NCBI RefSeq assembly: GCF_009914755.1
Contig: NC_060937.1
Origin: the human T2T-CHM13v2.0 reference genome, Homo sapiens
Strand: one strand, 5' to 3'
Length of the DNA: 64,000 bases
Shown here one piece after another: positions 58,134-64,000 of the stretch. A model generated the notes under the pieces. That model did not search any database. It was not told where the DNA came from and worked only from the letters and a program-made list of their open reading frames with translations. The translations under genes were made by a program, and so were the position numbers. Numbering within the stretch: the first letter of the stretch is position 1; the number at the start of each line of letters is the position of its first letter.

Positions 58134-58534
58134 ATAGGCTATCTGCAAATTGTACTGAGACAACTGTTTATCCAGAAACTGAAAAATAAAGTTGGATCCC
58201 TACCTCACACCATATAAAAAAATACCTAAAAATGAATAGAAAACCTAAATGTAAGAGTTAAAACTATAACTTTCTTAAAAGCAGCAGAATAAATCCTTGT
58301 AATTTTGAATTAGGTTACAACAAAACTACAACCTACAAAATAAATAAAATAAATTTGACTTTCTCCTAATTAAAAATTTTCTGCTTCAAAAAACTTTATC
58401 AAGAAAATAAAAAGTGACTGTTAGAGTGGGAAAAATGTTTGCAAAACGTACATATTATAAGAAACTGCTATTTTACAATTCAACAACAAAAAGAAAAGTA
58501 GGCCTATTTATTTAATTATTTATTTAACATTTTA

Positions 58535-58746
58535 TTTTCTCTTGCTTATTTTATTGTAAGAATACATGTATCATTCAAAATACATGTTACTTAACTATGT
58601 CCATTGTTGGTAAGGCTTCTTGTCAACAATAGGCTATTAATAGTTCAGTTTTTGGATAGCCAAAAGTTACACACCTAAATTATTAACTATGCAGTGTGGT
58701 GGGGGAGATACACTTAATCCCCCCATTTTGTTCAAGAGTCAACTAT
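58535..58746 (+). mobile_element. Tigger2/MER8-like DNA transposon end
   Basis: GGTAAGGCTTCTTGTCAACAATAGGCTATTAATAGTT..CAAAAGTTA..TTGTTCAAGAGTCAACT. Confidence 0.8.
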
Positions 58747-58749
58747 AAT

Positions 58750-58802
58750 TTAAATTTACATAACCACATGTGGCAAGTGGCTGCCATACTGGATAGAGCA
58801 GC
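58750..58802 (+). mobile_element. MER3/MER33-like hAT-Charlie terminus
   Basis: ATAACCACATGTGGCAAGTGGCTGCCATACTGGATAGAGCAG. Confidence 0.65.
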
Positions 58803-58984
58803 TCTAGTGTGAAAGTTCTTTTAAGGCAGTGTATATGTCTTAATTCATCTTAACATTTTGAGTACCCAGAAAGTTACTGATGCAGCACAGGTACTCCTTA
58901 ACACTTGTTGCAGTGCCTGAGTGAAGACAGCACTAAATGGCAGGATGGTGAGAATTCTTGGCCCTGCTGCAGAAGGGGCAGGAA

Positions 58985-59337
58985 ATCTAAGTGATGTCTG
59001 TTCAGAATGCTATAACAAAATACTTTAGACTGAGTAATTTATAAACAACAGAAATTTGTTGGTCAGAGTTCTGAAGGGTGGGAAATCTAAGATCAAGAAG
59101 CCAGCAGATTTAGTGTCTGGTGAGGGCTCACATTCTGTTTCCAAGATGGTACCTTTTTGATACATTCTCACATGGCAGAAGGGGCAAACACACACTTTCA
59201 GGCGTCTTTTATATGAGCGCTAATCTTATTCATGAGGACAGTCTCCCTAATCTAATCAACTCCCAAAGGCTATACCTTAATATTATCATCTGATGATTAG
59301 GTTTCAATGTATTACTTTTCAGGGCAAAGATTATAGA
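58985..59337 (-). mobile_element. MST/MLT1A-type MaLR solo LTR
   Basis: TGCTATAACAAAATAC..AATTTATAAACAACAGAAATTT..GTGTCTGGTGAGGGC..CTCACATGGCAGAAGGGGCAA..TTAGGTTTCAA. Confidence 0.85.
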
Positions 59338-59414
59338 ACTCTGTGGCAGAGAAGGCCACCATGTTGTGCCTTCCCTTCAATGTACTGATGGAAATGTGCA
59401 AATCTTAGGGTTAG

Positions 59415-59640
59415 GTGATTGAGATTCAAGATACCCACCTTCTATGTCACTGTGTGACCTCAGGCAAACCACATAGGCACATAGCCTATGGGCTTCTGTT
59501 TCCTCATCTGGAAATGGGTGACCTCTAAATGCAGCATCTAAGCATCTAACTCAGGGGATTTTTAATAAGAATAAATTGAGGCCAAGAATAGGAAAACCAA
59601 AGTGTGAATTATGAAGTAGTCTGTATGTATATGGCTTTTT
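59415..59640 (+). mobile_element. MIR fragment
   Basis: CTGTGTGACCTCAGGCAA..CTGTTTCCTCATCTGGAAATGGG. Confidence 0.7.
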
Positions 59641-60434
59641 ATTCATCTTACAGATTGGTCCTGTTGGCAGATAAATATTAGAAATTAGTTATCAAACATC
59701 ACATCATCTAGACAGCCCTGGCTCTAGAAATGTTGACATCTACTTGTTTCACTCCATGATGGAAAAGAAGAAAAAATAAATCCTAAATTACTAATTTAGA
59801 CTTCCCCCTATTCCTCTCATTAACAGCTCAAAACCCCTACCATACAGCAGCCTTAGTGATGAACATGTATGGTAGAACCTTCAAGATGTAGCTAATTCCC
59901 CCCCAAGTGCAACCAGCTGTGAGAACAAATTCAACTCCAGTAACCCTGCAAAGGAGCATAGATTTTCATATGTTAGAGACACAATGTTCATCTCGTTCAG
60001 AGGAATCCAAACCAAGTAATAGTGGTTTCTGGGGCTAAGGATATTAAGCATAATAGATTATCTGATAGTTTACTGATGATAAAGGTGAGATATTTGTCAT
60101 TGTTTTGCTAGGAGACTTTATCAAAGGGAGGGAGAAATAGTGAAAGGTCACTGGTTCTATTGGTGAGATTATTTTCTTTACATAGCTGGAGTGTCAAAAG
60201 AAATGATCCCATAAAGATCACAACAAAACAGAACACACTTAAGCACTTCAAGATGAGCCCCAAGAAGCCATCATAGTGGACCCATTGGCTTCATCTTAAT
60301 TTATCATTTGGCCCTCATAGACTAGAGTTGACTGGGTTCTCCATCTAGTCAAGGTGCAGCGGGTTTTAATACAGCAAACTACATGGTGGGCATTGGGGAT
60401 GATTACTTTTTTGGAAATTAATTGTTATAATAAC

Positions 60435-60585
60435 AATAATGCTATCAATTTTTAGCACCTACTGCATCGCTTAAACTGTGCATTCTATTTATCTCAGTTA
60501 ACAGTCCACAGAGTTAACATTATTACTATTATTTTGCAAATGAAGCTATTTGGGTTTAAGCAAATTAAACCATTATAGCTGGCTT
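60435..60585 (-). mobile_element. MIR fragment
   Basis: TTTAGCACCTACTG..TATTATTTTGCAAATGAAG. Confidence 0.45.
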
Positions 60586-61229
60586 CAGAGATATTTTTGT
60601 ATTTAGTGTAAATATTGTTATCAGAAGCAGGTGCTCATAGAAGTATGTTTCTTGATTCCTCAAAAAATGCACAGACATGAAACTTAATAGGCAATGCCTA
60701 TTTCGTATTTTGATCAGCATCTTTGCCCACGTTGTATACAACTTCTTACTTGGAAAGCTACAAAATCTCAAGAAACTCTTCTTCTGTTCAAGCTAGGTTT
60801 CTTTAATGTTGCCTTCACCACCTTTGTTAGAAGTCACAGATGCCTCAAAGAAGCTAGGATTACCCATCTTTGATAACGCAATGTCTCCAGTCTTACTTTT
60901 CCTTTCTCCTCCTTGTTCTGAGCATGCCACTCTCACCTGTTTAACTCACTCAAATCTTCCTTGCATTTGAATTCTATCTGTCTAGAACCTTGGGGGGACT
61001 GTCTGTTTTACCTTCCTCGAGAAACATAGTGTTTTAGAGGTGCACATTTCCTTAGAAAAAAAAATTAGGCTCTTTCACATACTCTTCTCAGAGCCCAGAG
61101 CAAGCCTAGAATCTCTAGTTCCAATGACATTTTCTGTTACTGAGAGATACCTCATGTTTTTATAAAATAACTGTGATTTAATACACACAAATGTTGAAAT
61201 ATTAATTAAACTTTAAAAGCGGTTGCAGC

Positions 61230-61715
61230 CAACATTTACTAAATATTTTCTATATAACAGATGGTATACTAAGCCTTTACCACAGTAACACATGAAATCC
61301 TTTAAAATTATCATGATATAGGGATTGTGATCTTAGTCCATTTGGTCTGCTAAACAAAATGCCTTACACTTGGTGGCTTATAATCAAGAGGAATTTTTCT
61401 CTCACAGTTCTGGAGGCTGGGAATTCCAAGATGAAGGTGTTGGCAGGTTCATAGGTGGTAGAAGGGATGAACAAGCTTTCTTGGGTCTCCTTCATTAGGG
61501 CACTACTCTCATTCATGAGGGCTCCTCCTTTAAGAACTAATTATCTCCACAAAGATCCAGTTACTTAATACCGTCACTTTGGAGGTTAAGATTTCAACAT
61601 ATACATTTTGGGGAAACACAAACGTTCAGACCATAGCATGATTATTTTCATTTAAAAGGTGAGAAAACTGAGCTATCAAGAAATTACAAAATTAGTCCTG
61701 GACCACAGAAAGGCA
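61230..61715 (-). mobile_element. MIR split by an MLT1A LTR
   Basis: AACATTTACTAAATA..TACTAAGCCTTTAC on the left and TTTTCATTTAAAAGGTGAGAAAACTGAG on the right of the LTR. Confidence 0.55.
61328..61638 (-). mobile_element. MLT1A0-like MaLR solo LTR (internally deleted)
   Basis: TCTTAGTCCATTTGG..CTCACAGTTCTGGAGGCTGGGAA..CATTCATGAGGGCTCC..ACACAAACGTTCAGACCATAGCA. Confidence 0.88.
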
Positions 61716-61764
61716 AATAACACACTAAAATTTATCTCCAAATACATATTCTTATGTAACCTAG

Positions 61765-62038
61765 AGTGGTAGCCTGTTAAGCGGTATATGAATTTTGAAG
61801 CCAGATCCTTAATAGAGACCCATCCCTACATTTTCTGTATGTCAAACTTTGCACCCTAAGCAAGTCATGCAACGTCTTTGTACACTGAATATGTGCATGA
61901 TCTCTGTCACTGGAGCCCACCTACCTGAGCTGGGATCTCTGTTTCACCACTTCCACTCATCAGCTGTGAAAATTTGGCAATCCAGTAATTATTCTGTGCC
62001 TCAGTTTTCTTACTTACAAAGCAAGGATAATAACCCCT
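61765..62038 (+). mobile_element. MIR fragments (two partial copies)
   Basis: TTTGAAGCCAGA..TAAGCAAGTCA and CAGCTGTGAAAATTTGGCAA..TCTGTGCCTCAGTTTTCTTACTTACAAAG..GGATAATAA. Confidence 0.6.
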
Positions 62039-62039
62039 A

Positions 62040-62880
62040 ATTTAAAGATAGATTTAAATACACATTTCTCCAAAGAAGATATATAAGTAGACAATAATAC
62101 GTGAAAAGATGTACAACATCATGAGTCATTAGGAAACTGCAAATTAAAGTCAGCATGACATATACTTTATATCCATTAAAATGGCTATAAAAAGGGGAGG
62201 ATAAAATTTGCTGGCAACGGTGAGGAGAATTTGAAAGCATCATATATTGCTAATGGGAATGTGAAATGATGCAACCAGTTTGAAAAACATGTTTTGAGTT
62301 CTTTAAAATGTTAAAAATAGAGTTACCATATGACCCAGCAATTTTACAGATATTCTTAAGGGAATTGAAAATATATGTCCACACATAAACTTAAATGCCT
62401 ATGTTCACAGCAACATTATTCCTAACAGGCAAAAAATAGAAACAACTCAAACGTTCATTAATTGATGAATGGATAAAATAAAATATTGTGTATTCATATA
62501 AAAGAATGCTATTCAGCTGTAAAAATGGGAAGTATTGATATATGTTACTACATAGATGATCTTTGCAAATATTATTCTACATGACAGAGGCCAGCACAAA
62601 AGGCCTCATATTAATTCCATATGTATGAAATTTCCAGAGTAAGCACATCCATAAAGACAGAGAGTACATTACTGGTTTCCAGATGTTAGGAGGAGAAGAA
62701 AATTGGGAAGAGGTGGTAATGGGTATGCATTTATTTTAGAGGGGCATAACAAAAATATTCTAGAATTAGATAGTGCTTATGGTTGCACATCTTTGTGAAT
62801 ATACTAATAAGCACTAAATTATATGCTTTAAAAGGGTCAGATTTATAGTATCTGAATTATACCACAATTAGAAATGAGCA
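62040..62880 (+). mobile_element. L1MB7-like 3' end
   Basis: ACATTTCTCCAAAGAAGATATA..GAGTTACCATATGACCCAGCAATT..TTCTAGAATTAGATAGTG..GGTTGCACATCTTTGTGAATATACTAA. Confidence 0.88.
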
Positions 62881-63009
62881 AAAGGAAAATAATCATGTGG
62901 ACTCAAACTAACACTAGAGCAAAAATAGCAATTTAAACAATGAAAATAAAAGGTAAATTAAGATACACAATTATTTTCAATATACCTTGTTTAGATTACC
63001 ATCAAAACA

Positions 63010-63390
63010 AAGAAACTTTATAAAGGACATTTTTGGGGCAATTACAGAAATTTTAATATAGCTACTATGTAGGTGATACAGAATTATTGTAAATGTATTT
63101 CAACATGAAATGATATTGTAGTTATATAAGAAAATATCTTTGTTTTTCAGAGATTTATAGTGAAACATTTAGAGATAAAATGTTATGATATCTTGGATTT
63201 GCTTTAAAATACTCCAGTGAAAAGAAAAAACTTAAAATACCAATGTACAAAAACATAAATAATTGTTAAACCTAGGTGATGTATATAAATATATAATGGT
63301 TCATTTTGATGGTTTATATATGATGGTTCATATTTTTGGTCCTCTCTGCTTTTATGTTTGAAGATGCTCATAACAAAATGCTTTTGAAAA
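63010..63390 (+). mobile_element. Ancient L1 (L1MC/L1ME-like) 3'UTR
   Basis: GACATTTTTGGGGCAATT..ATGATATCTTGGATTTGCTTTAAAATACTCCAG..ATAATTGTTAAACCTAGGTGATG. Confidence 0.65.
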
Positions 63391-64000
63391 CCTTATGAAA
63401 TTTTAGAATGTTAAGATGTTAAGATCTTAAATTTTATTGTATAATATTTTCTATAATTGACAATATGTTTGCTGCTTTAAGTTTCTATGGCATCTGTTTC
63501 TATCTCATTGGTGAGCAATTATTAGAAACAAAAAAGAAAAACAGTAAGTACAAAGTACAATCAATAACTCTGATCTTAAATTTCCTCACTCATAATAAAC
63601 ATATATACAATGACTCTTTGAGGGACATAACTTTTAAAATAGAGATCCAGTCTTAGACCACTGATAATAGTAGCTTTTCCTCCATTCTTCTTTGTTTTAT
63701 ATTGGTTTACATGTCAGTCTTAGGATTTTTATTATTATTTCATGAGGATCTCACTTTTAAATGCACAGTGGACTAAGACATAACACTTCAGTTCTGCACC
63801 TGAGTTTTTGCAAATCTACATTTGTTCCTGAGAATAATATTCTGAAAGTACAAATACTGTTTAATGGCTAAAATCAGTTATTACTTACTGCGTTACCCAT
63901 ATTCTTTTTCCACTTTTTAGCCAGGACTCAAAAATATGCCTAAATTCCTGTCACTAGCTTTAAAGCAAGGTTATAAAAGTTACGTTAAACTTCCCACTCA

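Larger units (their letters stand above)
56860..58500 (+). mobile_element. Old L1M ORF2 fragments interrupted by Alu and THE1B
   Basis: ATAATAGACATAAAGATCAATGAAATAGAAT..TTTTTGACAAAGGTACCAA..TTGGATCCCTACCTCACACCATA..AAACCTAAATGTAAGAG. Confidence 0.75.

Overview
AT-rich, CpG-poor primate (human or great-ape-like) genomic DNA. Much of it is interspersed repeats: old L1M/L1PB/L1PA elements, 12 Alus, MaLR LTRs (THE1/MST/MLT, including one two-LTR element), an ERV1 solo LTR, Tigger/MER DNA-transposon relics, MIR/L2 fragments and microsatellites. I found no recognisable protein-coding gene, RNA gene or CRISPR array. Every longer ORF in the track derives from L1, Alu, MaLR or low-complexity sequence. 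The most notable structure is a young L1PA2-like insertion at 34086-36350. It combines a twin-priming 5' inversion with a ~735-bp 3' transduction and a second poly(A) tail, all inside a perfect 14-bp target-site duplication. Two further twin-primed L1s (about 17.0-17.3 kb and 51.5-51.7 kb) and two L1s with the 5'UTR fused directly to mid-ORF2 are also visible. These are instances of known retrotransposition mechanisms, not a new system. Subfamily names come from by-eye recall of consensus sequences and need RepeatMasker/Dfam confirmation. Boundaries of old elements are approximate.
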